A stretch of 64,000 nt of DNA from an uncultured Gemmatimonadales bacterium (GTDB lineage: Bacteria > Gemmatimonadota > Gemmatimonadetes > Gemmatimonadales > GWC2-71-9): contig CAWGED010000019.1 in NCBI GenBank assembly GCA_963821525.1, forward strand, positions 96,001 to 160,000, read 5' to 3'. A program made the translations under genes and the position numbers. Positions within the stretch are counted from its first letter, which is position 1; the number at the start of each line of letters is the position of its first letter. The notes beneath the pieces are model-generated. The model had not been told where the DNA came from. It saw only the letters and a list, made by a program, of their open reading frames with translations, and did not search any database. This document shows positions 33,029 through 43,295 of the stretch, one piece after another.

Positions 33029-33454
33029 CTACTTCTTCGGGGCTTCGGCGTCGATAGGAGTAAACCCGATGACCTGAACTCCCGCGCCCCGGGCAATATC
33101 CATCGCGTCAATCACGTCCTGATAGATCCGGGTCGGCGCCGACTTCACGAACAACAGCTTGGCTGGACGGGCGTCGAAGATCGCGTGCATCTGGGTGTCC
33201 AGCTGGTCGACCGGCACCGGCTGGGTATTGATGGCGTAGCCGCCATCTGCCGTAAGCTCCAGCACGATCTGATTCGACTTGGCGTCCGACTTGGTCTGCT
33301 GCTCCTGTGGCGGCACCTGGACATCCAGCGCCATTCGGGAGAGCGGCTGCGAGACCATGAAGATGATCAGCATCACCAGCATGATATCGATCATCGGAAT
33401 CACGTTGGGCTCGGACTGAATTCCGCCCGAGGAGTCCGCAGTGGACATTGCCAT
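33029..33454 (-). CDS. exbD: ExbD/TolR family protein
   Basis: NVIPMIDIMLVMLIIFMV. Confidence 0.93.
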   Translation of the reverse strand: MAMSTADSSGGIQSEPNVIPMIDIMLVMLIIFMVSQPLSRMALDVQVPPQEQQTKSDAKSNQIVLELTADGGYAINTQPVPVDQLDTQMHAIFDARPAKLLFVKSAPTRIYQDVIDAMDIARGAGVQVIGFTPIDAEAPKK

Positions 33455-33455
33455 A

Positions 33456-33914
33456 TCAGCTCTTCCCCTTCTTCTCGGGAGCCGCGAAGAGCCCGGCAGC
33501 CTTGGGCTCGGTGATCGCCGCCATTACGCGGGCGCCGGCCTTCCGGGCGATCTCCACCGCCTCCTGGATTTTCGCGAACTGCAGCTGATTGTCCGCCTTG
33601 AAATAGAGAATCTTGTCCGTGGTCCGGGCGGAGTAGATCGACTTCAGCTGGTCCTCCAGCGTCTCCTTCGGGATCGGACGACCGTTCAGGAAGTAGTGGC
33701 CGCTCACGTCGATGCCGAGGATGATCTCGTCGTCCCCTTCGGGGCGCGCGTCGAGGTGAATCCCCTTCGGCATCGTCGCCTTGAACCCGGCACTGATGAG
33801 CGGAGTCACGATCATGAAGATGATCAACAACACCAGCATGATGTCGATCATCGGAATTACGTTGGGCGACGCCTTTACTGTAGTAGTGCCGGCACTACCC
33901 GCTGACATGCCCAT
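33456..33914 (-). CDS. exbD: ExbD/TolR family protein
   Basis: NVIPMIDIMLVLLIIFMIVTP, YFKAD. Confidence 0.93.
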   Translation of the reverse strand: MGMSAGSAGTTTVKASPNVIPMIDIMLVLLIIFMIVTPLISAGFKATMPKGIHLDARPEGDDEIILGIDVSGHYFLNGRPIPKETLEDQLKSIYSARTTDKILYFKADNQLQFAKIQEAVEIARKAGARVMAAITEPKAAGLFAAPEKKGKS

Positions 33915-34644
33915 GACCGCTCACCGCTTTCTGGGCCTGGAATTCCTTAGTGAAGATCGAGCGGCCAAACTCGCTCCCCACGCTCTTGATCAGGTAGTCG
34001 ATCAGTTCCTTCGAGACGTAGGTCATCTCGACGGTGAGGTTCTCGATCTTGGTGGTGAAGTAGTTGTAGAACCACACCGCGGGAATCGCCACCAGCAGAC
34101 CGAACGCCGTGGTGATCAGCGCCTCGGCGATACCGGCGGAGATGCCCGCCAGGCCGCCGGAGGCTCCGGAGGATGCCATGCCGGTGAAGGCGTTCACGAT
34201 ACCCATCGTGGTGCCGAGCAATCCGACGAACGGGGCGGTCGAGCCGACCGTCGCCATGACGCCCATGCCCCGCTTGAAGTCCGCCAGCGTGATGAGCATC
34301 TCACGCTCGACGGCGCGCTCCACCGAGTTGATATCGGCCGAGGTGATCGTGGCCCGATCGGAGAGCAGCGGCTTCACCTCGGAGAGCGCCTCGCCGACGA
34401 CTCGGGCGACGTGGCTCTTCTTATTCTGCTCGGCCAGGGTGATGGCCCGCTCCAGGTTCTCCTCCTGGATGGCGCGGGAGAACTCAGGCGCGAACTTCCG
34501 GGTGGCCGTCTGGCTCCGAATGATGCTGATGAGCTTGGTGATCGCGACGGTCAACGACATGAACGACATGAAGGCCAGGACGATCACGACGCCCTTGGCG
34601 AAGGTTCCGGCCGCGGTCCACAGGTGCAGCATATCTACATTCAT
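33895..34644 (-). CDS. exbB: MotA/TolQ/ExbB proton channel
   Basis: TAPFVGLLGTTMGI, GIAEALITTAFGLLVAIPA. Confidence 0.95.
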   Translation of the reverse strand: MNVDMLHLWTAAGTFAKGVVIVLAFMSFMSLTVAITKLISIIRSQTATRKFAPEFSRAIQEENLERAITLAEQNKKSHVARVVGEALSEVKPLLSDRATITSADINSVERAVEREMLITLADFKRGMGVMATVGSTAPFVGLLGTTMGIVNAFTGMASSGASGGLAGISAGIAEALITTAFGLLVAIPAVWFYNYFTTKIENLTVEMTYVSKELIDYLIKSVGSEFGRSIFTKEFQAQKAVSGHGHVSG

Positions 34645-34665
34645 TTGAACGATACCTCCTGGAGG

Positions 34666-35381
34666 TGACTGATCCCGCTATTGCGGAGCTTGAAGGAGAC
34701 GGCCTGCTGTACGAGCACGCGGACCGGCTGACCCCGGGAACGGCCCGGTTTGAAGGGGCACTTGAGGATGGCGTTCTTCGCCGGATCCTCGAAGGCCTTG
34801 TGCGTGCTGTTCATGACCTTGAGGGAGCCCGGGTCCACTTTCCCATCGGTGTTCACCACGAATTGCATGACTACCCGCCGGGGATCCCGGCCGACTTCAT
34901 GACCGGGGGAAATTCGGGCGAGCAAGCGCCGGCATGACCTGCGGGGTCTCATCCACTTCTGCCGCCAGGAAGACTTCGCCTTCCAGCACCGGGCCGGTTC
35001 CACCCACGACGCCGGTCCCGATGCCACCTTCGACACCCTTACCGGTGAAGTCCCGCGGGTCGAACTTCTCGTTCAAATTGACCGGCGGAATCTCGGTGGG
35101 GATATCGGCCGGCGGCGTCACCACCTGGAAGCCCTGCGGCGGCGGGTTCGCAGCCACAACCGCCTCGGGGGGAGGCTGCTCTGGCGGCGGCTCCGGAGCC
35201 TTCGGCGGCTCCAGGAACACCATCGTCGTATCCTGAATGACTTGCTTCAGGGTCTCGGCCGCACCGCTCGTGGCCTTGACCGCTCCGAAAATGATCAGAT
35301 GATGTGGATGATCACCGAAGTGATTGACTGCCCAAGGGACTTCTGCTTCTTGCGTTTCGATTCGATCAGGTTTTCGAACAT
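34666..35381 (-). CDS. tonB: Energy transducer TonB, frameshifted; end approximate
   Basis: MFENLIES start, Pro-rich linker, VVMQFVVNTDGKV..FKPGRSRGQPVRVLVQQ TonB_C. Confidence 0.85.
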
Positions 35382-35481
35382 AGTCCTCTCCGCGTGAGCG
35401 GCAGCAAACGTATCTCGCGGTTATTGCAGCCGGCGAGACCCGAAGATGACAAAACCTTAACAACTGGATTAGGCGTTGCCT

Positions 35482-36978
35482 TCAGGAAGCTCGGCTTGAC
35501 CGATCCTGGGCTTCGGCTTCGGTTGGGACTTCGGGAGACGCGTTTGGCCGGGGCAATGTGACCGTAAACACGGTCCCCCGCCCGGTACGACTCTGCACGC
35601 CAATCGTTCCGCCATGGGCCTCGGCGATCCACTTGGTAATGGAAAGGCCAAGCCCCGCACCCGGACGGTCTCCGGTCCGGGTACGAGCAAGATCGGCGCG
35701 GTAGAAGCGGTCGAAGATATGGGGCAGGTCTGTGGCGCTGATGCCGATCCCGTTATCCCCTACCACCAACGCTACCGTATCGCCCTGATCCACAAGGCCG
35801 AGACTGACCTTTCCTCCGGGCGGAGTGTACTTGATGGCGTTGGTGACCAGGTTGAGGATCAGCTGGCGCATCCGGCCGTAGTCCACCGGCAGCAGGACCG
35901 GATTGTCCGGCACTTCGGTGCGGACCGTGATTCCCGGACCCTCCCCCAGGATGCCGGCGGTTTCCGCCGCCTCGGACACCAGTTCCCTCAGGTCGTGCGG
36001 CTTTACGGCGAGGGTCGCACGCCCTTCATCGGCCCGGGCCAGGGTCAGCAGGTTGTCCATCATCTCCGTCACCCGGTTGATCTCGCCCAGCAATTCATCC
36101 AGCGTGCTCATCGCTTCGGGTGGAGTCCCGGGATGGGTGAGTGCGCGTTCGACGCCGGCGCGGATCACCATGAGCGGAGTCTTCAGCTCATGGCTCGCAT
36201 CGGCGGTGAAGCGGCGCAGGCTGACGAAGCTCTCTTCCAGACGGCCAAGCATTCGATTCACAGTGTTGGCGAGACGGGCCAGCTCGTCGGCCTGAAGCGG
36301 AACCGCGAGCCGGCGATGGAGGCCGCGCCCGTCGGTGATGGACTCCAGCTCGTCAACCATTCCCTCGAGGGGGCGCAGGCTGGTATCGGCGAGGACGTAC
36401 CCCAGCCCGATGCTCCCCAGCAGGATCACTGGGGCGATCACCAGCATTGCGCCCAGGAGTTGAGCTGGACCAAACGGCACGGCGGTGAGGGGAGCGGCGA
36501 CGAAATAGGTGGCGGGCCGGTCCCAGACACCAGGGAGCGGGACCTGCGCGTAACGGACCGGATCGGCGTTCGGGTCGAGCCGCACGAACCCGGTGCGTAC
36601 GCCGGCGCCCTCGGGGGGCGAAAGGGTCGCCAGCACGTCGGCCAGGGCGACCAGGCTGAAGGGCTTGGCCGCCGCATTCCGGTAGATCGGCGCGCCGTCC
36701 GGGTCCACCACGATGACGTAGTCCCGGATCCCATCGAGGTAGCCGCCGACCGCGTTGATCAGCGTAGGCGTCTCCCCCGAAGACAGCGTCCGCCCGAGCT
36801 GGCGCTGGAAATTGATGAAGTACTGCGCCGCCAGATTGCCCTCGAGCGCGAGTCGCTCGTCCAGCTCCCGCAGACTCGACCGCTGACGCTCGAAGTACAG
36901 GGCGCCGCCGAACGCCGCGATCGAAACGGCGAGCGCGACGACGTACCACAGAGTGAGGCGGCGGCGGATACTGGCCAT
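35482..36978 (-). CDS. HAMP sensor histidine kinase (CusS/OmpR-type)
   Basis: Two TMs, HAMP, ADASHELKTPL, NLVTNAIKY, DNGIG, GAGLGL. Confidence 0.95.
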   Translation of the reverse strand: MASIRRRLTLWYVVALAVSIAAFGGALYFERQRSSLRELDERLALEGNLAAQYFINFQRQLGRTLSSGETPTLINAVGGYLDGIRDYVIVVDPDGAPIYRNAAAKPFSLVALADVLATLSPPEGAGVRTGFVRLDPNADPVRYAQVPLPGVWDRPATYFVAAPLTAVPFGPAQLLGAMLVIAPVILLGSIGLGYVLADTSLRPLEGMVDELESITDGRGLHRRLAVPLQADELARLANTVNRMLGRLEESFVSLRRFTADASHELKTPLMVIRAGVERALTHPGTPPEAMSTLDELLGEINRVTEMMDNLLTLARADEGRATLAVKPHDLRELVSEAAETAGILGEGPGITVRTEVPDNPVLLPVDYGRMRQLILNLVTNAIKYTPPGGKVSLGLVDQGDTVALVVGDNGIGISATDLPHIFDRFYRADLARTRTGDRPGAGLGLSITKWIAEAHGGTIGVQSRTGRGTVFTVTLPRPNASPEVPTEAEAQDRSSRAS

Positions 36979-36988
36979 GGTCGGAAAC

Positions 36989-37056
36989 GAGCGTGAGCGG
37001 TTAGCGGTAAGCAGTGAGCGTGCTGAGGATTTCTCTTCGTCCTAAGTCCGCTCACT
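36989..37056. repeat. (GTGAGCG)-type heptamer array with short inverted arm
   Basis: gagcgtgagcggttagcggtaagcagtgagcgtgctgagg ... cctaagtccgctcactc. Confidence 0.65.
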
Positions 37057-37729
37057 CCTTACCTGCTTTTAACACGTACCCGACCCCGCGCACCGTCTGG
37101 ATCAGCCGGGGGCCACCGCCTCCGTCGATCTTCTTCCGGAGACGGTTGATCACCACGTCCACGATGTTGGTCCCGGGATCGAAGTGATAGTCCCAGGCGT
37201 ACTCGGTGATCAGGGTCCGCGACATCACCCGCCCGACGTGCCGCATCAGGTACTCGAGGACGGCAAATTCCTTGTTGGTGAGCTCGACCGGCTTTCCGCC
37301 CCGGGTGACTTCGCGGGTATTCAGGTCGAGCTCGAGGTCGCTCACCCGCAGCTTGCGGGGCGCCAGCTGGCGGGGACGGCGGCTCAGCGCCTCGACCCGC
37401 GCGAGTAGCTCCTCAAAGCTGAATGGCTTGGTGACGTAATCGTCGGCGCCGGCCCGCAGCGCTTCGACCTTGAAGTCCACCGCGTCCTGCGCCGTGAGGA
37501 CCAGGACCGGCACGCTGTGCCCGCGATCGCGCAGGGTGCGGAGCACCTGCACTCCGTTCATCCCAGGGAGCCGGAGATCGAGGATGATCAGGTCGTGCTC
37601 GCCCTCCGAAGCGATTCGCAGCGCCTCGGTCCCGTCCGCCACCAGCTCGGCCTGATGCTGCTGCTCTTCGAGGCCGCGTTTGACGTATTGACCGACCGTG
37701 CGGTCGTCTTCGACAACGAGAATCTTCAC
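37052..37729 (-). CDS. OmpR-family response regulator
   Basis: KILVVEDD, LDLRLP, DDYVTKPF, TNIVDVVINRLRKK, TVRGVGY. Confidence 0.96.
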   Translation of the reverse strand: MKILVVEDDRTVGQYVKRGLEEQQHQAELVADGTEALRIASEGEHDLIILDLRLPGMNGVQVLRTLRDRGHSVPVLVLTAQDAVDFKVEALRAGADDYVTKPFSFEELLARVEALSRRPRQLAPRKLRVSDLELDLNTREVTRGGKPVELTNKEFAVLEYLMRHVGRVMSRTLITEYAWDYHFDPGTNIVDVVINRLRKKIDGGGGPRLIQTVRGVGYVLKAGKE

Positions 37730-39290
37730 TCCGCCGCCGTTCCCCCTACGGGGAGAAATACCCGGAAGACCGAACCACGACCCGGCTGGCTGTCCACCTC
37801 GATGCGGCCGCGGTGCTCGGCAACGATGCCGTAGCACACCGAGAGCCCGAGTCCGGTCCCCCGTCCCGGCGCCTTCGTGGTATAGAAAGGCTCGAAGATC
37901 TTGGTGAGGTCCGTCCGGGGGATTCCTACCCCGGTGTCCTCGATGTCCACCACTATCTCATCTTCGCGGGCCCGGCTCTGATAAGTGCGGATCGAGAGGT
38001 AACCGCCTTCCTCCATGGCGTCGAGCGCGTTCATCATCAGAGCCATGAAGACCTGAATCAGTTGCTCGTGGTTGCCATGAATCGGCGGGAGTTCCCCCGC
38101 CAGCTCGCGGTGCACGGTGATCTTCTTGAAGCGTTGATGATGCTTCAGCAAGAACAAGGTATCCTCGAGAACCGCCGAGGTGTCCACTGGCTTCTTGTAC
38201 TTGCCCTTCGGCCGGCTGAAGTCGAGCAGACCGTCAACGATCGTGGTACACCGCTGCACTTCCTTGTCGATGATCTCCAGGTACTCCCGCAGCACTTCTC
38301 CCAGCTGTGCGGGATCATCGTCGGCCAACCGGTTCTCGACCGCCGCGACACAGGCGCTGATGGTGGCCAGGGGGTTGTTGATTTCATGCATGACTCCCGC
38401 GGCGAGCTGACCGATCGCGGCGAGCTTCTCGCTCTGCAGGATGCGCTGCTGCGCGACGTGGGTATCGGTGACGTCCTCACCGATCGTGATCACGTGGGTG
38501 ATGGTCTCCCCATCCTGCCGCATCGGGATCTTGCTGATCCGGTAATATTTCTGCTCGCCCGCGACGGCGACCTCGATCTCGATCTGGCGAATCTCTCCCG
38601 TCGCGAAGACCTGGTCGAACTCCTCCTTGAGCTGCCCCATCGGCTGCCGGGTGAGCACCTCGAACACCGGGCGACCGACCACCTCATCCTTGCGAAGACC
38701 CTGGGTCCCGGTCTCCCGCTTCCGGTTCCAGATCTGAATCCGGTACTCCCGATCCACCACGTAGAGGCCGACCGGCAGGCAGTCGATGACCAGAGTGATG
38801 AACCGGCGTTGCTCCTCGATTTCCTTGGAGCGCAGGGCGACTTCGTAGGCCAGGTCTTCGGAGAGCTCGATCGAGGCCAGGAACGGAGCCAGGATATCGG
38901 CCACGACCGGCAGCAAGGCGTTCGGATTCGCCGGAGATGGGTGCCGGTGAAATCTCCAGCATGCCCAGCCGCTCGCCTTCGTGCAGAATCGGAATGCGAA
39001 GCGTTCCGGGAGCCGACTTCGGGAAGAACCGCGAAGGAACGGCTGGTCCGGGGAGTCCCGCTCAGCAGCGGTGCCGTGATCGCCCGAAGCGTCGTCGCGT
39101 TCGGCTCGCGCAGCCACAAGAGCACCGACTGGGCGCCGAGTCCGATCCGAAGGTTTTCAGCCACGGTGGCGAGGGTTTCCTCGGCGGCAAGCCCCGTGTT
39201 GAGCAACTTCGCGATCGCGCCGACCAGCTGGAGCGGTCCGCCCGATGAGGAAGAACCCGCGCCGTCTCTTTCCGCTCGCGTCAGGGTCAC
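37726..39290 (-). CDS. PAS-domain histidine kinase (NtrB-like), frameshifted N-terminus
   Basis: PAS (LPVGLYVVDREYRI..WN), EKLAAIGQLAAGVMHEINNPL, FYTTK..GTGLGL. Confidence 0.9.
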
Positions 39291-40395
39291 TGGAACTCGC
39301 TGTGCAGTGAGTCTCGAATGAAATACTCCGCAGCCGTCTGAAACACCAGCACGGCCGGTTATATCCGCCGCCACGAGGCGCCGCGACCGGGGCAGCCTCG
39401 GCTGCCACCGCCAACGCAACCAGCAGCACCACCCAGGTCCCCAGCAGCACCAACTCGGCTCCGGCGATCTCGTCGGTGGGAACCGACCCCGTCAGCTTGA
39501 ACGCTCCGCCGCGGGGCCGGATTGCGGTCAGAGACCCGGTCCGTTCCGGATTCTCTCCCTGCCAGGTCACCGAATCTTGCCTCACCGCCCGGCGATCGGT
39601 TCTCTGCAATTCGAGTCCCGGCGCCAGCCGTGGAAGGACGGCGGAACGGACGCCATCAGCCGTCGCCGCCACCTCGATCAGACGACGGGCGAATTGCAGG
39701 TGAGTCTCGGTCGTGGCCGCCGCGGTTCTCTGCAGTGCCGACCTGAGCTCGAGACCGGCCCAAGCCGCGGAAGCGATCGAGAGAAGCGCCAGCACGTCGC
39801 GGATCATTCGGGACGCACCGAAGTAGCGCTCGATTCCAAGGCTCAGCGCGGCCAGGAAGGCAATCATTCCCAGCAACACCGCGAGCCACGGTTCGGCAAG
39901 GGGAGGAAGAGTCTCCCAGGCCCCGACCCACCCTACCGGAGTCCCGCCGCCCCGATCGGCGAAAGCGACCAGGGCGACACGATGTCCGCTGGGGGGAACC
40001 ACGATGCGCCAGTCGGACGAGTCGCTCGCATCGAATCCCACGAGCGGAGTCAGGCCGAGGGTATCAGGTAACAGAGGAGTACGGCCGAAGAATACCTGAA
40101 GCCCGCCAGGAAAGAAGGACGCGTTCGCGAGAGCACCTGCCCCCGACACCAGGCGGGCGGGATCGAATCGGGAATCGTCGCGGCCTCTTGAACCGGGGGT
40201 GACAGCCGACAGAAAGGCCGCGGCGGTCCAGCCCACGGAGAGGTTCGAACGGTCCAGCAGTTCGCGATAGCCCTTTTGGGTCGCAAGGAAGAGCCCGCCA
40301 ATTGCGCCCAGGGCGACCGCGAGCGCAATCCACGGGAGCGCGCCGCGGAGCCGCCCTTGCCGTTGGTTCCCGCGAGCCGCGGAGGCAGAAGTCAT
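39157..40395 (-). CDS. Hypothetical membrane protein (C-terminus uncertain)
   Basis: 412-aa ORF with several hydrophobic segments, co-oriented with the kinase genes. Confidence 0.6.
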   Translation of the reverse strand: MTSASAARGNQRQGRLRGALPWIALAVALGAIGGLFLATQKGYRELLDRSNLSVGWTAAAFLSAVTPGSRGRDDSRFDPARLVSGAGALANASFFPGGLQVFFGRTPLLPDTLGLTPLVGFDASDSSDWRIVVPPSGHRVALVAFADRGGGTPVGWVGAWETLPPLAEPWLAVLLGMIAFLAALSLGIERYFGASRMIRDVLALLSIASAAWAGLELRSALQRTAAATTETHLQFARRLIEVAATADGVRSAVLPRLAPGLELQRTDRRAVRQDSVTWQGENPERTGSLTAIRPRGGAFKLTGSVPTDEIAGAELVLLGTWVVLLVALAVAAEAAPVAAPRGGGYNRPCWCFRRLRSISFETHCTASSSDPDASGKRRRGFFLIGRTAPAGRRDREVAQHGACRRGNPRHRG

Positions 40396-40468
40396 GTTAC
40401 CGTAGTAACTTCATGCCCCGTGTAAGAGGCGCAAGTCTGCTGATTTTCTCGATCGTGAGACTCTCGCA

Positions 40469-41908
40469 ATGCCCCTCCCTATCCTCACACCCTGGATCAA
40501 TGGAGCCCATCTGCCGGCCGGGAGCCGTCCGGTGGACCAGGTAGATGCTCCTTACACCGGCGAGCCTGTGGCTGACGTGGTCCAAGCGACGGACTCCGAC
40601 CTCGACGAGGCCATCGAGTCCGCCCAGGTCGCCTTCGCCGCGATGCGCGCGATGCCGCGCCACGCCCGGCGTGATCTGCTCCACCGCGTCACCGAAGCCC
40701 TGACGCGCCAGCGTACCGAACTCGGCATCGAGCTCGCCACCAGCTGCGGCAAACCCATCACGCAGGCGCTGGGTGAGGTGGATCGGGCGATCATGACTTT
40801 CTCGCTCGCAGCGGACGAGGCCCGTCGCTTTGGCGGCGAGGTAGTGCCGCTCGACGTGGATACCCGCGGCGTCGGAATGAATGGGCTGGTCAACCGCTTC
40901 CCGATCGGACCGATCAGCGCCATCTCACCCTTCAACTTCCCGCTCAATCTCCTGGCCCACAAAGTGGCTCCGGCGATCGCCGTGGGAAGCGCTCTGGTGG
41001 TGAAGCCGCCGCCGCAGTGTCCCCAGCTGGCCTTCCGGCTGGGAGAGATCCTGGCCGACTGCGGGATGCCGGCCGGCGCCTATAACGTGTTGCACCTGCC
41101 GATCCCGATCGCCGAAAGGTTGGCGACCGATCCGCGCTTCCAGCTGCTCACCTTCACGGGAAGCCCGACGGTAGGCTGGCACCTCAAACAGGTCGCAGGG
41201 AAGAAGAAAGTCGTCCTCGAGTTGGGCGGGAACGCCGCGGTGGCGGTGCACGAAGATGCCGGTGACTTCGATTGGGTTGCCAATCGGCTCGCCTTCGGCG
41301 GATTCGCCTATGCCGGGCAGGTATGCATCAAGGTGCAGCGGGTCCTGGTCCACCGGCCCGTCTACCAGTGCGTGGTGGACAAGTTTGTGGCGGCCACGGC
41401 CGCTCTGAAATGCGGCGACCCGATGGATTCCTCGACCGTGGTCGGACCGATGATCGATTCCAACGCGGCGGATCGCGTCGAATCCTGGGTCGACGAAGCG
41501 GTGAAAGCTGGAGCGACGGTCCTGCTCAAGGGCCAGCGAACCGGATCGGTCCTGACGCCGACCGTTTTGGCCGATGTTCCGCGCGATGCCAAGGTCTCCA
41601 GCCGAGAGGTGTTCGGTCCGGTGACCATCGTGGCACCCTATGACAACTGGGACGACGCGCTCGCTACGATCAACGATTCCGACTTCGGCTTGCAGGCGGG
41701 AGTCTTTACCCACGATGTGAACCGGATTTTCCGGGCCTTCAGCACACTCGACGTTGGCGGAGTGATCGTCAACGACTTCCCCACCCTCCGGGTGGACAAT
41801 TTCCCCTATGGCGGGGTCAAGGACTCGGGGTTCGGACGCGAAGGGGTGAGATACGCGATGGACGACATGAGCGAGCCGAGAATGCTGGTGCTGAACTTGA
41901 ACAAGTAG
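40469..41908 (+). CDS. Aldehyde dehydrogenase family protein
   Basis: PFNFP, FTGS, LELGGNA, AGQVC, EVFGP, PYGGVKDSGFGREG. Confidence 0.96.
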   Translation: MPLPILTPWINGAHLPAGSRPVDQVDAPYTGEPVADVVQATDSDLDEAIESAQVAFAAMRAMPRHARRDLLHRVTEALTRQRTELGIELATSCGKPITQALGEVDRAIMTFSLAADEARRFGGEVVPLDVDTRGVGMNGLVNRFPIGPISAISPFNFPLNLLAHKVAPAIAVGSALVVKPPPQCPQLAFRLGEILADCGMPAGAYNVLHLPIPIAERLATDPRFQLLTFTGSPTVGWHLKQVAGKKKVVLELGGNAAVAVHEDAGDFDWVANRLAFGGFAYAGQVCIKVQRVLVHRPVYQCVVDKFVAATAALKCGDPMDSSTVVGPMIDSNAADRVESWVDEAVKAGATVLLKGQRTGSVLTPTVLADVPRDAKVSSREVFGPVTIVAPYDNWDDALATINDSDFGLQAGVFTHDVNRIFRAFSTLDVGGVIVNDFPTLRVDNFPYGGVKDSGFGREGVRYAMDDMSEPRMLVLNLNK

Positions 41909-41916
41909 GACGAATG

Positions 41917-41975
41917 CCCAATTTTCAATTGCCAAATTTTCAATCTGACAATCTGAAATCTGAAATCTTCAATCC
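41917..41975. repeat. AT-rich heptamer tandem array (AATCTGA/AATTTTC)
   Basis: ccaattttcaattgccaaattttcaatctgacaatctgaaatctgaaatcttcaatc. Confidence 0.8.
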
Positions 41976-41983
41976 GAAACCCC

Positions 41984-42442
41984 ATGCCCTTCCCCGCCCC
42001 CGGCACCCCGGCCCCCGACTTCACCCTCCCCTCGACTTCCGGCGAGAGTGTCACGCTCTCCAGGCTCCGGGGGAAGAACGTGCTCATCGCCTTCTTCCCG
42101 CTCGCCTTTACCAGCGTTTGCACCAAGGAACTCTGCGCCTTTACCGATGACTACTCTCAGTTTCAGTCGGCCGACACGGTTGTCCTGCCGATCAGCGTGG
42201 ACTCGGTGCCGACCCTCAAGGCATACAAGGCGAAGGAGCAGATCGGGGTGGACCTCTTGAGCGATTTCAAGCGGGAGGTGAGCCGGGCCTACGGGACGCT
42301 ACTGGAAGACAAGTTCCACTCCAACCGCTCCTACATCGTCATTGACCGCAAGGGGATCGTGCGCTGGGCCTTCGCCGAGGAGTCGACGGGGAACCGGAGG
42401 GAGAACGGGGAATTGCTGGAGGTGTTGGGGAAGCTGGACTGA
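41984..42442 (+). CDS. 1-Cys peroxiredoxin, AhpE-like
   Basis: FFPLAFTSVCTKEL, LLSDF; single Cys. Confidence 0.9.
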   Translation: MPFPAPGTPAPDFTLPSTSGESVTLSRLRGKNVLIAFFPLAFTSVCTKELCAFTDDYSQFQSADTVVLPISVDSVPTLKAYKAKEQIGVDLLSDFKREVSRAYGTLLEDKFHSNRSYIVIDRKGIVRWAFAEESTGNRRENGELLEVLGKLD

Positions 42443-42449
42443 ACAACGT

Positions 42450-42572
42450 GGAGAGGGTGAGAAGTGAGAAGGAACTGAACTCGGGCCTGAGAGAAGAAGC
42501 GGCTCCATGTCCCTCGCTCATTTAGTCGAGGGTCCACGGAGCCCCTTCTTACTTCTTACTTCTCACTTTTTA
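42450..42572. repeat. Inverted (GTGAGAA)/(TTCTTAC) arrays between convergent genes
   Basis: gggtgagaagtgagaagg ... ccttcttacttcttacttctcacttttt. Confidence 0.75.
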
Positions 42573-42577
42573 CGCAG

Positions 42578-43192
42578 TTACTTCTTCGGCATCTCGAACC
42601 GTTTCCCCACCACCGTCCAGTTCACCACATTCCACCACGCGGTGATGTAGTCGGGGCGGCGGTTCTGGTACTTGAGGTAATAGGCGTGCTCCCACACGTC
42701 GCAGCCCAGGACGACTCTCTTGCCCGCCATCACGGGACTGTCCTGGTTGGGCGTGCTCTCGATCGCGACGGTACCGGCCTTGTCGACCGTGAGCCAGGCC
42801 CAGCCGCTGCCGAACCGGCCGACGCCCGCCTTCTGGAACTGTTCCTTGAAGCTGGCGAGACCACCGAAGCCCTTGTTGATCGCATCGGCCAAGGCACCGG
42901 TCGGCTCTTTGGCTCCGCCCGGAGCCATGATCTCCCAGAAGAACGTGTGATTGTAGTGTCCCCCGCCGTTATTCCGCACCGGGGCGCGGATCGCCTCCGG
43001 TAGTGCGTCGATATTCGCGATCAAATCCTCGATGGACTTGGATTGCAGGTTGGCGTGGGGCTCGAGCGCCGTATTGAGGTTGTTGACGTACGCCGCGTGA
43101 TGCTTGTCGTGGTGAATCCGCATCGTCTGCTCGTCGATGTGCGGCTCCAACGCGGTGTAGTCGTAGGGAAGTGGAGGCAGGGTGAAAGCCAT
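42578..43192 (-). CDS. sodA: Superoxide dismutase, Mn/Fe family (Mn-type signature)
   Basis: [33 protein letters not shown]. Confidence 0.97.
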   Translation of the reverse strand: MAFTLPPLPYDYTALEPHIDEQTMRIHHDKHHAAYVNNLNTALEPHANLQSKSIEDLIANIDALPEAIRAPVRNNGGGHYNHTFFWEIMAPGGAKEPTGALADAINKGFGGLASFKEQFQKAGVGRFGSGWAWLTVDKAGTVAIESTPNQDSPVMAGKRVVLGCDVWEHAYYLKYQNRRPDYITAWWNVVNWTVVGKRFEMPKK

Positions 43193-43295
43193 GATGAACT
43201 CCTGAGGCGAGGTCAAACACTGGCGCCCGCGGGCGCGCGGGGAATTATGGACGCCCCCACCCGCTGGGGCAATCCCGGGCCATGAACCCAACTGC

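Noticed and set aside
31460..39321. Long antisense ORFs (31460..32890, 35614..36996, 37813..39321; similarly 5118..6353 and 21137..22438)
   Set aside because: Shadow frames of well-supported opposite-strand genes in GC-rich DNA, with no motifs.
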